Positions 1-9,608 of a stretch of DNA of 64,000 bases are shown here, in pieces. The position numbers and the translations under genes were made by a program. The notes below the pieces were generated by a model. The model searched no databases. It was not told where the DNA came from and saw only the letters and a list, made by a program, of their open reading frames with translations. This DNA is from Paramoeba atlantica (Eukaryota; Protista; Discosea), in NCBI GenBank assembly GCA_977017575.1, contig CDRNVI010000090.1:62001-126000 (forward strand). Direction: 5' to 3'. How positions within the stretch are numbered: the first letter of the stretch is position 1; each line of letters opens with the position of its first letter.

Positions 1-513
1 TTCGCTAAGGCCTCGGCCCACGCGCTGCAGGAGGTGCCGATCATTAACGCTGCATGGGAGGATCAGCATATTGCGTATCATGACTATGTGGATATCAGCG
101 TCGCGGTAGCTACTCCGACGGGTTTAGTGGTTCCCGTGCTGCGTGACGTGCAGGACATGTCTTTTGCGGATATTGAGAAAAAAATTGTGGAGTACGGGGA
201 GAAGGCGAAGAACAAACAGCTCACGATGGCGGAGATGTCCGGTGGGACGTTCACCATCTCCAATGGAGGGGTGTTTGGAAGTTGGATGGGAACTCCCATC
301 ATTAATCCCCCGCAGAGTGCAATTTTAGGGATGCATGCGACGAAGAAAAAGCCGTGGGTCGATTCCACAGGCAATCTTGTGGTGCGCCCTATTATGATTA
401 TCGCACTGACCTATGACCATCGCATAATAGACGGGCGCGATGCAGTCGTGTTTCTTGTAAAGATCAAGAACCTGATTGAAGACCCCCATCGCCTGATATT
501 GGACTTGGCGTAG
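1..513 (+). CDS. DLST: Dihydrolipoamide succinyltransferase (2-oxoglutarate dehydrogenase E2), C-terminal part; 5' end lies outside the window
   Basis: Frame is open from base 1 ([17 protein letters not shown]). Contains [47 protein letters not shown] and the catalytic DHRIIDG motif. Confidence 0.95.
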   Translation, partial: FAKASAHALQEVPIINAAWEDQHIAYHDYVDISVAVATPTGLVVPVLRDVQDMSFADIEKKIVEYGEKAKNKQLTMAEMSGGTFTISNGGVFGSWMGTPIINPPQSAILGMHATKKKPWVDSTGNLVVRPIMIIALTYDHRIIDGRDAVVFLVKIKNLIEDPHRLILDLA

Positions 514-916
514 AACGCGCAGTTCTTTTACCAGTGCAAAATCTGTTAACAAAGGTTTCTGATGAACGAAATGTTATATTATTTCTGAAATCGGTTTCTG
601 GGCCTCGTAGTTGCGTTTTTTATTTACAGGTGAAATTAAAACTTGTACCCCTAAAAGAAAAGTCACACAAGCAAAATACGCTATTTGTGTAACGATAATT
701 AAGTAAACTAGAAACTTTGAACTTGATAGCATGCGTTTGAAAGGTAAGATTTACATCAACTTGCTACGACTGTATGTAAAATTTTGTTCCTCGTTCATTT
801 GCGATTTTAGGGAAGGATACAATGCTTGAAAATTATGGAAAAACAACCGTGTAGAGCTTTTTATCGTGTACGTAAATTTTGCTTCTATCCACACTAGTAT
901 ACTACTCTTGCTAAAC

Positions 917-2863
917 ATGGCTGGCAAGCAAAGTAAATCTCTCAAGAAATTTGCTAAGCGGAAGCTGACTGATGTTATTTCCAAACGACGTCGCATACGA
1001 CCGGTTGTCAAGGAAATGCGAACGAAACAAGATAAGAAAGTCGAGCGCGCCAAAGCTAAGCAGGAAGACGAAGAAAAGAAACACATGCAGCAGCTTGATG
1101 AGTTGAAGGAGGAGGATCAAGAGTTCGCCGATTTCCTTAAAATGGAAGATCCGGGACTTCTCGAGTTTGGGGATGATGGATTGGGTGCAGAAGAGACTTT
1201 CTCAGATGATGATCTGAACGAGTTACACAAGGACGAGGAGCATATCGACGAACTGACCACAAAGTGGAGCCCTGCACGTATTGCGGAGATAATATCCAAC
1301 TCCTTGGGCGTATCCCTTGACGAAACCCCCACCGGCACGGTGAAGACCCCCACTCAGACATCACTCCGAAGGGCCTCGCAAGCGTTTCATCAAATTGTAC
1401 TTTTGCTCAGCTCTGAATCCGTGACGGACGCCGCCGATGTTGTTTCTCTCGTGAAGGCACTCAAATTTACTGCCGAGAATTTCTGTCAAGCATGTAATCA
1501 AGTTTTAGGGAGAACGAACTCAGGTGGGCTTCCTAAATCGTACTCCAACTACCCATCTCTTGCCCCTGCCATTCGCTCCTTTATAACGAATTGTGCAGCA
1601 ATCGTTTCCTCCGATGCGTTTGACACGGACATTGCCTCGACAGTGGTTCACTGCCTGGGCGACACCGGTGTGGAGTACGTGGGCATTTTTCCGAAGCCAA
1701 TGAAAAAGATTCTAAGAGCGGCATTGAAACTATCAACCCACCTGACCAGCAGCTTTACACGGGAATCAGCTCGATTGTTTCTACATTCGTGCGCGCGTCG
1801 GCTTGGAGCTTCTCTGCGCGAGAGTATATTTAAAGGCATGTTTTTGGCTGTCGTGGCGGTGGCACCTTCGTATGCCGAGGACACGGCTCCTGCCATTGCG
1901 GACATGATTGAAGGCCTCTCGGTTGCGTATGGAATCGATCTAGGCATGGCGTATGCGACGCTTTTTGTGTACGTCCGTCAGCTTGCTTTATATCTCCGTG
2001 CCGCGTTGCTTCACGCAGGGGATACGGCACCTCTGCACCGACTGCACAGCTGGCAGTTGGTGATATCGACGCGCACTATAGGTACCGCCGTAAGGGATTA
2101 TCCGGGGGAAAAGGAGTTGTGGCCGCTTGCATACCCCCTCGTACAAATTTGTCTTGGCACACTTGATGTGTTTACTTCTTCGCGCACTTTCCCGATACAT
2201 TTTCATCTGTTTGAACTTCTTCAAAGCTTGTCTTCGAGATGTAACGTTCACGTACCTCTAGCGCCATACTTTTTGCGCATGCTCCAATCGGCCGCATTGA
2301 ATACACAACTCTCGCGCTCATCTAAAAATTCTGAGGCGGTGGCTACGGATGAGGTGTGTGCGAAGCGGCTCAAGTATACCATCCGGCTAAACAAACAGGA
2401 GTTGAAGTCACGCTCTATACAACAGGCTTTGTTACATGAACTCTTATATTGCATTACTCAACATACCGCTCTGCATGCGTTCTCCATTGGTTTTCCTGAA
2501 TCATTTGCTGTACTTCACGTTTCTCTGAAACGTATTTGTAAGAAGACAAGCAATCCAATATTATCTCAAATGTTTTCAAACTACTTAAAAAAGGTACAAA
2601 CGACGGAAGATCTCTTGATTCAGAGGCGTGAGCGTGCTTCCTTCGGCCCATGTGACGAAGAGGCAGTTGCTCTTTGGGAAGCCAAATTCAAGGAAGAATG
2701 TGTCGATCTACCCCTGATGCAATACGCTAGCTCTATGAGTACAGACCGAGTACAAAATAATGGCGACACAATTGCAAACTATTCACATGTGAAACAAGCT
2801 TCTAATGCGAATAATAAAAGGAAACGGGAGAAAAATGGTAAGAAGGGAGTTAAAGGAGGGTAA
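917..2863 (+). CDS. NOC2: Nucleolar complex protein 2 (60S biogenesis)
   Basis: N-terminus MAGKQSKSLKKFAKRKL followed by an acidic tract; Noc2-like blocks TLFVYVRQLALYLR, LHSWQ, LWPLAYPLVQICLG and IGFPE. ORF track starts at 866; first ATG at 917. Confidence 0.85.
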   Translation: MAGKQSKSLKKFAKRKLTDVISKRRRIRPVVKEMRTKQDKKVERAKAKQEDEEKKHMQQLDELKEEDQEFADFLKMEDPGLLEFGDDGLGAEETFSDDDLNELHKDEEHIDELTTKWSPARIAEIISNSLGVSLDETPTGTVKTPTQTSLRRASQAFHQIVLLLSSESVTDAADVVSLVKALKFTAENFCQACNQVLGRTNSGGLPKSYSNYPSLAPAIRSFITNCAAIVSSDAFDTDIASTVVHCLGDTGVEYVGIFPKPMKKILRAALKLSTHLTSSFTRESARLFLHSCARRLGASLRESIFKGMFLAVVAVAPSYAEDTAPAIADMIEGLSVAYGIDLGMAYATLFVYVRQLALYLRAALLHAGDTAPLHRLHSWQLVISTRTIGTAVRDYPGEKELWPLAYPLVQICLGTLDVFTSSRTFPIHFHLFELLQSLSSRCNVHVPLAPYFLRMLQSAALNTQLSRSSKNSEAVATDEVCAKRLKYTIRLNKQELKSRSIQQALLHELLYCITQHTALHAFSIGFPESFAVLHVSLKRICKKTSNPILSQMFSNYLKKVQTTEDLLIQRRERASFGPCDEEAVALWEAKFKEECVDLPLMQYASSMSTDRVQNNGDTIANYSHVKQASNANNKRKREKNGKKGVKGG

Positions 2864-3212
2864 TATCAAGGTTAGACAATTTTGGGTTAAAACACATAAT
2901 TTGATATTTGTGCTAATCCAAGAGTTTTGGCTCACTCTTGTTTTATTAGCAATAATTAACTGGTAATATTACCACTATTACATCAATAAAAATTTTATGG
3001 AGCACTGACAGCATAGCATGTTTTTTACGAGCACTCAAACCGTTTTGAAAACTAAATTCAACTTACTCCGAAGTGGCATGAATGTCCACTTCTATTCTAT
3101 TGATAGAACATTTTAGATTTTTAGAAATATTCTACCGATTTGGAATGATAAGTTCCCACTATGCCTTCAACGTCGCGCTGTTCCTTGACTTTTACTGATT
3201 CGCACAGCTGTA

Positions 3213-4910
3213 ATGATGAATTGTGATAAATGTTCCGGAAATAAATGTATATTTTTGTTGCAACCAACTTTATCTTTTTGCGTTCTACTGAGTGTTTTGT
3301 ACTGTCCCTACACTAAGGTTGAAGAGTCGTTCTACATGCAGGCCACTCATGACTTCCTCTACGTTAAGGACCTGTCTCTCTGGGATCACCACAGCCACCC
3401 AGGCGTAGTGCCTCGATCTTTTATGGGACCTGCCCTTATCTCTGGAATGGCTGCTCCTTGCGTGCGGCTATACGAACTCCTGTACCCTTTCTATGCTCAA
3501 GCTATCAAATCATCGCACAATTTCGAGCTTCCTGTGAAGCTACATGCGCAATACGTCGTGCGAGCTGCCTTAGGACTTCTGGTAGTATACTGCACTTCTC
3601 GCGTCGGCCGTGCACTGGATGACACTCATCCTACACTTGCTCCATATCCCTCCCTGTGCTTTACTCTGCTGCAAATGGCGTCGTTTCATTTCGTCTTTTA
3701 TGCTTCACGCTTGTTGGCGAACACTTTCGCACTTGCTGGGTCTTCTCTGGCGTATGCAGAAATGTTGCGAGGGAACATATCCAAAGGCCTCTTCATTTAT
3801 GGTCTCACCGCATGTGTTTTCCGTTGTGATGTAGTGATCCTTGCCGTAATCTACTCGGTTTATAATTTTGCTCGGGGATCGCTTTCTATTGCTCATATAG
3901 CAAACACTGCTGTGAAATCATGCGCTGTCTGCCTACTTCTCTGTGTACCTCTCGACACTTACCTGTGGAAAACTCCGTTTCCTATGTGGGCAGAGTTCTA
4001 CGTTTTCTTATTTAACACCTACGCTAATCAATCGGGTCTGTGGGGTGTATCCCCATGGTATTGGTATTTTACTAGTGTTATTCCCCGGTTAATGTCAGGG
4101 GCCATTCTTCTTCTTCCTTTTAGTCTGTTTTCAACCCCCACATTACGTTTCCACATTCGCTGTGCGGTCGCATTCGTTTTTCTCTACAGCCTACTCCCAC
4201 ACAAGGAGCTTCGTTTCATGTTCCCTGTATTGCCAATGCTATGGAGTAGCCTATCTATCTATTTGAGCCAGGCGTTTTGTTCGAAAATTTCAGGAAGAAT
4301 ATTTTTCCAAGCAAAAAGCTTGCTGGTGCTATGTTTGTTCTCCGGTAGCATTGGTGCGAATGTATGCGCACACATATTGAGTCGATACAATTATCCGGGA
4401 GGAGTGGCCATGTCGCAACTGTATGACTTCGCAGGTACACAAAAGGGAAGTAGAACACAAAGTATCGACACTAATTTCGATTCTGGAGTAGCTGAAGAAT
4501 CGAGAAATTCCACTTTCTACGTAGATATTGATACTCTTCCTGCGATGACTGGCTGCACCCGATTTCTGAAAATGCACAATAATCAGTGGAGTTACCGAAA
4601 AGTATTTTCGCAATCCTTTGATGATTTACTGGGTCAAGGTCGTCGAAAAGTCGAGGTTACTTGTAAAGTGTTCTCCATTGAGCAAGAAAACTCAAGCTTG
4701 TGCACGATGAAACCTAAATGGGAAGAATTTATTCTGCATTATACATTTGATATAGTACCTGCTGTACAATTGCATTACGAAACACAGAATCCCCTTTTAA
4801 TTGTTTATGCCTTTTCAGGTATTTCGTGGAACTCTCTTGAAATTCAACTATCGCCTGCCGTCGGACTTTCAATCACGTCCAATACCCGCAATCGAACCGT
4901 TGTGCCATAG
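3213..4910 (+). CDS. ALG12: Dol-P-Man alpha-1,6-mannosyltransferase (GT22)
   Basis: CPYTKVEESFYMQATHDFLY, PGVVPRSFMGP, SLLPHKELRF and NYPGGVAM motifs; multiple hydrophobic segments. Confidence 0.9.
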   Translation: MMNCDKCSGNKCIFLLQPTLSFCVLLSVLYCPYTKVEESFYMQATHDFLYVKDLSLWDHHSHPGVVPRSFMGPALISGMAAPCVRLYELLYPFYAQAIKSSHNFELPVKLHAQYVVRAALGLLVVYCTSRVGRALDDTHPTLAPYPSLCFTLLQMASFHFVFYASRLLANTFALAGSSLAYAEMLRGNISKGLFIYGLTACVFRCDVVILAVIYSVYNFARGSLSIAHIANTAVKSCAVCLLLCVPLDTYLWKTPFPMWAEFYVFLFNTYANQSGLWGVSPWYWYFTSVIPRLMSGAILLLPFSLFSTPTLRFHIRCAVAFVFLYSLLPHKELRFMFPVLPMLWSSLSIYLSQAFCSKISGRIFFQAKSLLVLCLFSGSIGANVCAHILSRYNYPGGVAMSQLYDFAGTQKGSRTQSIDTNFDSGVAEESRNSTFYVDIDTLPAMTGCTRFLKMHNNQWSYRKVFSQSFDDLLGQGRRKVEVTCKVFSIEQENSSLCTMKPKWEEFILHYTFDIVPAVQLHYETQNPLLIVYAFSGISWNSLEIQLSPAVGLSITSNTRNRTVVP

Positions 4911-5604
4911 ACTACTACAAATTACACTTGTACACTAAACGTACCAAATTTTTACAGTTTCGGCCTTATTCATTTCATCCGCATTTTACACATGGACTGT
5001 ATTTACGGATTTTTCCAGTGTTCCATGAGTCCACTGCCCTGCGCCCATTTCCGCATGCCCTGCGTGAATGCTCATGATGTCCAACTTGTTTTGCTTAAGC
5101 TTCCTGCTGGACAACGTGTGCCAGACAAATGACTAACCATAGACTACGGTTTTAATTATCTGTATCCTTGTTTTTTCATACAGGGCAAGATCTACAGAGA
5201 TATTTGGGCCTAGCAAGGGTTGGAGCAATCGACGCTCCCTCAGGAATCTTTTTTGCCTTCCTTTATCCATCAAAGCTATTTTTTAGCTCAACACTTTAGC
5301 CGAAATTTAGATAAAACGTTTAACTTGTCTTTCTTAGCTCAAAAGTTTAGCTGAAATGTCAATTTTCTGGCAGGGCGAACAGATTTATCTTCATTTTGAA
5401 ATGACACCAATGTTACGACTACGAGAACCATCAAATCGATAGTTACTGTACAGTGTTTATTGATAGCATCGACACGCGAAGAACCATACACCATAAGAAA
5501 ACTACATTAGGCACAGGGTGGTGAATAGGGTTGCTTGCGCACGCGATTAGTTTTGAAATATATTTTAATAGGATTGAGTACATTTTTCATATTTGCTAAC
5601 GCCC

Positions 5605-8600
5605 ATGGAAAACGCACCCCCCTCAGGTGTCATAGACAGTATAGCTAGTGCATTATTAAAGGCTATGCCACTCTCCGTACTCACCGAGAAAAAAAATGCT
5701 GCAACTTCATTAGACATGAATTTTTCGGACAGTATTGCTGTACTTTTTGAAAATCGCTCTCATTTGTCTGAATTTTCCGCTTCCTACGCGGAGTCCTCAA
5801 GCAAAATACCTTCGAGCGATCTTCCATCTTTAATTCTCTCACCCGAGCCTGTCTCAGTCCCCGAAACTGATAGGATCGAGGCGAAGAGAAACACTGTGCG
5901 GGATTCTACTTCTGATTCATCGAATTCTGCACAAAGCAAAGGGGGGGTGTCTGCAGGGTCAGCTGCTAAAGAAATTTCTATAGACGCCGCACATGGTAGT
6001 ACTCAAAAGGTCTCAGAAAAAGACGGACCAGAGCCTGTCAAGGAGATCCAGCCAATATCAACCCCTTCGGAGACGCGGAAGCAGTCCTCTTCGTTCTCAA
6101 ACCGGAACGGTATGTCCGATATGAAGACAAAAAAGACCTGTTCTCCAGGGAAGAAAACTTCAGTGCATAAATCAGAGAAACGTCTTCACACTAAAACGAC
6201 GTCAAGTTCGTCGAAAGTAACACATAACATCTTACGGCAAAATACGGAAAAGGAATGTCTGAGTCGCAGAAACAAGTATCGTAAGAGGTCGGCGTCACCG
6301 ACTCCACACCGGAGAAGAGAGCGCTCAAGAGATCGTGAGCGGTCTTACCGTCGCCACAAATCGGAGCGTCGCGGTCGCTCAAGGTCTAGACACGGAAAAG
6401 AAATGCGTACACGAAAGCGCTTCAGATCAATCAGTCCATGTCACCGCAGATCCGATAGAGTCAGCTCTCACAGACCGAGGAGGCGTTCACATGATAGGGA
6501 GCGACGATTACGCTCCAGATCGTACGACAGACGATGCAGTCCCCGAAGATATTCACCTATCCGTAATGCACGAAAAACAGGTCACAGCCAGGACCGAAAT
6601 CGTTCAACGGAAAGGATGCGAAAGTCCAGAGCTTCGAGTTTTCGGACGTCGAGAACTCATGTTTCAAAAATCGATCAAAAGAGGGAAGAGTGCTTGCGCA
6701 AAAGAAAGTCATGGCAAGATCACATCCCATACTTTATAGAGCATCCGAGCTTTTACAGCAAACACCCCCTCTCCACACCATTTTCCTGGGCCGACCTGCT
6801 CCGGGAAAGCCAAATTCCGAAAGGAGTGGGAGCAGAAAAATTGTTTCAAGACAGCGAAAGTCAGCAAATTTCGAAACACAGCGCAATGCTTGACCCCATG
6901 ACGGCCACAAGGGACTTATTCCGTAGGCTCGCGATTCGCGCCTTACACGCTGGCGGTGGCAACACCTGGTGGGGAGATGGTCTCATGATCATTGCGACTT
7001 CCTGTTTTAACGATGGGGGTGTCACCGAAACCATAGGAGAAATTGTTCTTTCACACACAGGACGTCGACCCCCTGGAGTCTTCTACATGGTGGATTCCGT
7101 TGCTAGAAAGCGTCGAGCTATTCGGCTCCGCGACAGCGCGACTAAAGATCTTAGCAGCTTAACTCCAAAATCGATAGAACAATCTATAAAAGAATCAACA
7201 GCAAAGGGAGAATCAACAGCAAAGGGAGAATCAACAACAAAGGGAGAATCAACAACAAAGGGAGAATCAACAACAAAGGAAGAATCAACAACAAAGGAAG
7301 AATCAACAACAAAGGAAGGGTCTACAAAAAAGAAAGAGTCTACAACGACGAAAGAAGAAGGCCATGAGCAGGCTTTAAAAGAGAGCACGAACAAGGAAGA
7401 AAATACTTGCAAAATTTTTACGCACGCTGAATCAGAGGAATTAAGAGCATTCTCTTGGAGAGTAGCTGCCAAGCAATGTCTGATTTCTAGGAGAAAGGTT
7501 CTGCGAATTCGTTCAGAATACTGGAAGGCTTCAGACACCTCGCATGAATCATCGGCTGTACGGGAAACGCCTCAAAAGGTGAAAGATTGTACGACAAAAG
7601 AAGTACCTCAATCGCGTCCTGTTTCTTCCTTGAATAAAGCAAAAAAAGGAGAATGCCAGTCCGTGAAACTAGTAAAACTTGAAGAGCAAGATCGAAAAGG
7701 AGGTAAGGCGGCATCAAACGCAAAGGTGGTTCAGAGAATAGACAGCAAAGCCGCATCTTTAGATAAACAGACGACCACATCAGATGAATCTGAGAAACAT
7801 TTAGACAACTCAACCATACGCCTACCAAAACATCAGTTCACGGTCATCCGCACTCCATCCTTAAACAATAAATGTCTACTTGGCACAGCATCCCTTAGAC
7901 TTTCGCTTGCCATTGCAGACCTGCATAATCGTCAAAAACTTCGCCGTGCGCAGCTTCAATATTGTGCTGAACATTTGCCACCCCCTGTGTCCCGCTCGGG
8001 CAGGCTGAGTGACTTAAGCAGCAGTGAAGATGAATTGGCTCGCCGACCACCGAGACAAGATCACAGTTCGGAGGACAGAAAGGGGAAATTCTTTCGTGAA
8101 TTTGGCGAACGCCGTGAAGAAATGTATCGCTTATATGCTGCAATGTACCCTGAACTTGTACAACGATGCCCGCTTGCCCTGGAGGAGGCCTGGAAGCTAT
8201 TAAAGCGCGAAGAACGCGCAAAGAAAGCAGACTCAGAGGTTGCTGGTTCTGGCGAACGCTTTAATATAGTTTCTGTCATGGGGAACCAGAATGCTGTTCT
8301 TACAATGAAAGAAGTCGAAAGAATGTTTGATGAAGTCGAAAAAGAACGTGTTGACGGTCAAATCAAGAAAATAGAAGAGGAAGCTGCACCAAGTACCATC
8401 CCAGTAGAAACAGAAGCGGTAACGTGTAGCATCCCGGTAGAAACAGAAGCGATACCAAACATTCCAGTAGAAAAGGAAGCGGTATCAAGAACCTTTCCAC
8501 TTGAAAAAGAAGTGGTAGTAGGAACCATCCCAACGAAAAAAGAATCGTTGCCAAGTACTATTCCAGTAGAAAAAGCAACCGAAAAGAATGGTGAAAGCAA

Positions 8601-9183
8601 ACTTAGTGAGACTAAAACACCTGAAAACGAAATACTGACTCAGGATTATGCTGCGATGCCGAAAAAGACCACCATTAATCCCACTCTAGAATCGCACGTG
8701 ACAAAATCTGATCAGGTACAGATTCGAGACTCTTCATTGGAGGCTAAACCTTTAGAATCACCATCACCGCGTACAAAGAATGACAAAGGAGCTCGCCGTG
8801 ACCTACGCAGGAAAAGTTTTAATCGAACGTCTGCGGAAGTTTTGCACGGAGAGAAATCAAGCACTACAGCTAGAACAGCACGAGATTCCAGAAAAACGAA
8901 AGCTACCTCCGAAAATGGGTCTCTCTCTCAAAACCAAAAGCGGGTGCAAAGGAAAGATCTCGAGGATAGTTATTTTCATCATGAGATGCCGCCACCCTTT
9001 CACCCACCCCCGGAATTCGTCGGCCCAGAAATGATTCCTTTTGATGGGTATCGGTCACGGTTTATTCATCCCGCACTTACGGCACTGAGAACAGCTCAAT
9101 ATCCTCCGTACCCACCTTATCCATTTCCTCCAGAATATTATCCAGGCCAGCACCATTTCCCTCCAGGAAATGGGAACTGGTAA
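5605..9183 (+). CDS. Large RS-rich protein with a possible CTD-interacting (CID-like) domain, internal repeats and Pro/Tyr-rich tail
   Basis: 1196-codon ORF (TTG at 5593, ATG at 5605). Arg/Ser dipeptide region at about aa 225-360; GRRPPGVFYMVDSVARK resembles the CID motif KLPxLYxxDSIx; C-terminal PPYPPYP tract. Confidence 0.6.
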   Translation: MENAPPSGVIDSIASALLKAMPLSVLTEKKNAATSLDMNFSDSIAVLFENRSHLSEFSASYAESSSKIPSSDLPSLILSPEPVSVPETDRIEAKRNTVRDSTSDSSNSAQSKGGVSAGSAAKEISIDAAHGSTQKVSEKDGPEPVKEIQPISTPSETRKQSSSFSNRNGMSDMKTKKTCSPGKKTSVHKSEKRLHTKTTSSSSKVTHNILRQNTEKECLSRRNKYRKRSASPTPHRRRERSRDRERSYRRHKSERRGRSRSRHGKEMRTRKRFRSISPCHRRSDRVSSHRPRRRSHDRERRLRSRSYDRRCSPRRYSPIRNARKTGHSQDRNRSTERMRKSRASSFRTSRTHVSKIDQKREECLRKRKSWQDHIPYFIEHPSFYSKHPLSTPFSWADLLRESQIPKGVGAEKLFQDSESQQISKHSAMLDPMTATRDLFRRLAIRALHAGGGNTWWGDGLMIIATSCFNDGGVTETIGEIVLSHTGRRPPGVFYMVDSVARKRRAIRLRDSATKDLSSLTPKSIEQSIKESTAKGESTAKGESTTKGESTTKGESTTKEESTTKEESTTKEGSTKKKESTTTKEEGHEQALKESTNKEENTCKIFTHAESEELRAFSWRVAAKQCLISRRKVLRIRSEYWKASDTSHESSAVRETPQKVKDCTTKEVPQSRPVSSLNKAKKGECQSVKLVKLEEQDRKGGKAASNAKVVQRIDSKAASLDKQTTTSDESEKHLDNSTIRLPKHQFTVIRTPSLNNKCLLGTASLRLSLAIADLHNRQKLRRAQLQYCAEHLPPPVSRSGRLSDLSSSEDELARRPPRQDHSSEDRKGKFFREFGERREEMYRLYAAMYPELVQRCPLALEEAWKLLKREERAKKADSEVAGSGERFNIVSVMGNQNAVLTMKEVERMFDEVEKERVDGQIKKIEEEAAPSTIPVETEAVTCSIPVETEAIPNIPVEKEAVSRTFPLEKEVVVGTIPTKKESLPSTIPVEKATEKNGESKLSETKTPENEILTQDYAAMPKKTTINPTLESHVTKSDQVQIRDSSLEAKPLESPSPRTKNDKGARRDLRRKSFNRTSAEVLHGEKSSTTARTARDSRKTKATSENGSLSQNQKRVQRKDLEDSYFHHEMPPPFHPPPEFVGPEMIPFDGYRSRFIHPALTALRTAQYPPYPPYPFPPEYYPGQHHFPPGNGNW
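7192..7317 (+). repeat. Coding 18-bp tandem repeat (GAATCAACA(G/A)CAAAGG(G/A)A x7) encoding ESTAKG/ESTTKG/ESTTKE
   Basis: Directly visible in the sequence and in the translation. Confidence 0.95.
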
Positions 9184-9608
9184 AATTCGTAATTAAAAGG
9201 ACTTCAATTATGCACAGGGTTGTCAGTTGGTATTTACCAGTAAAGTATCTAGCAATTACAATGTAGAGTGAAATTTTATTCCGTCGCTCCTCCTGATTCC
9301 TGGGTTCTTATGAGATGGATGAAAAAAAGATTTCGTGGACGACGCAAGCATTTCTTTTGTGTAGCATGTGAACATTTCATCTTTTGAAGTAAACTTCAAA
9401 TCATTTTTTCAATCCTATCATATTACGTAATTGATGACTTGCGTCCGAGTGTGAGACTTGTTTAAGCAAAATGTGAAGAAAAAAATATTCGCATAAACAA
9501 TGTAAGTAAAATTTGTGCAACATGCCCTAGTATATTATATTTCATGGTGCCATTGAAATTACTTCTATCTTCACATTTTCTCTATTTGATACACAAAGAT
9601 TCCTACCT

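Noticed and set aside
5283-5356. Short intergenic direct repeats (TAGCTCAA..TTTAGC.GAAAT x2; similar pairs near 13725, 28670 and 63830)
   Set aside because: Two-copy local duplications of 15-25 bp with no evidence of function.
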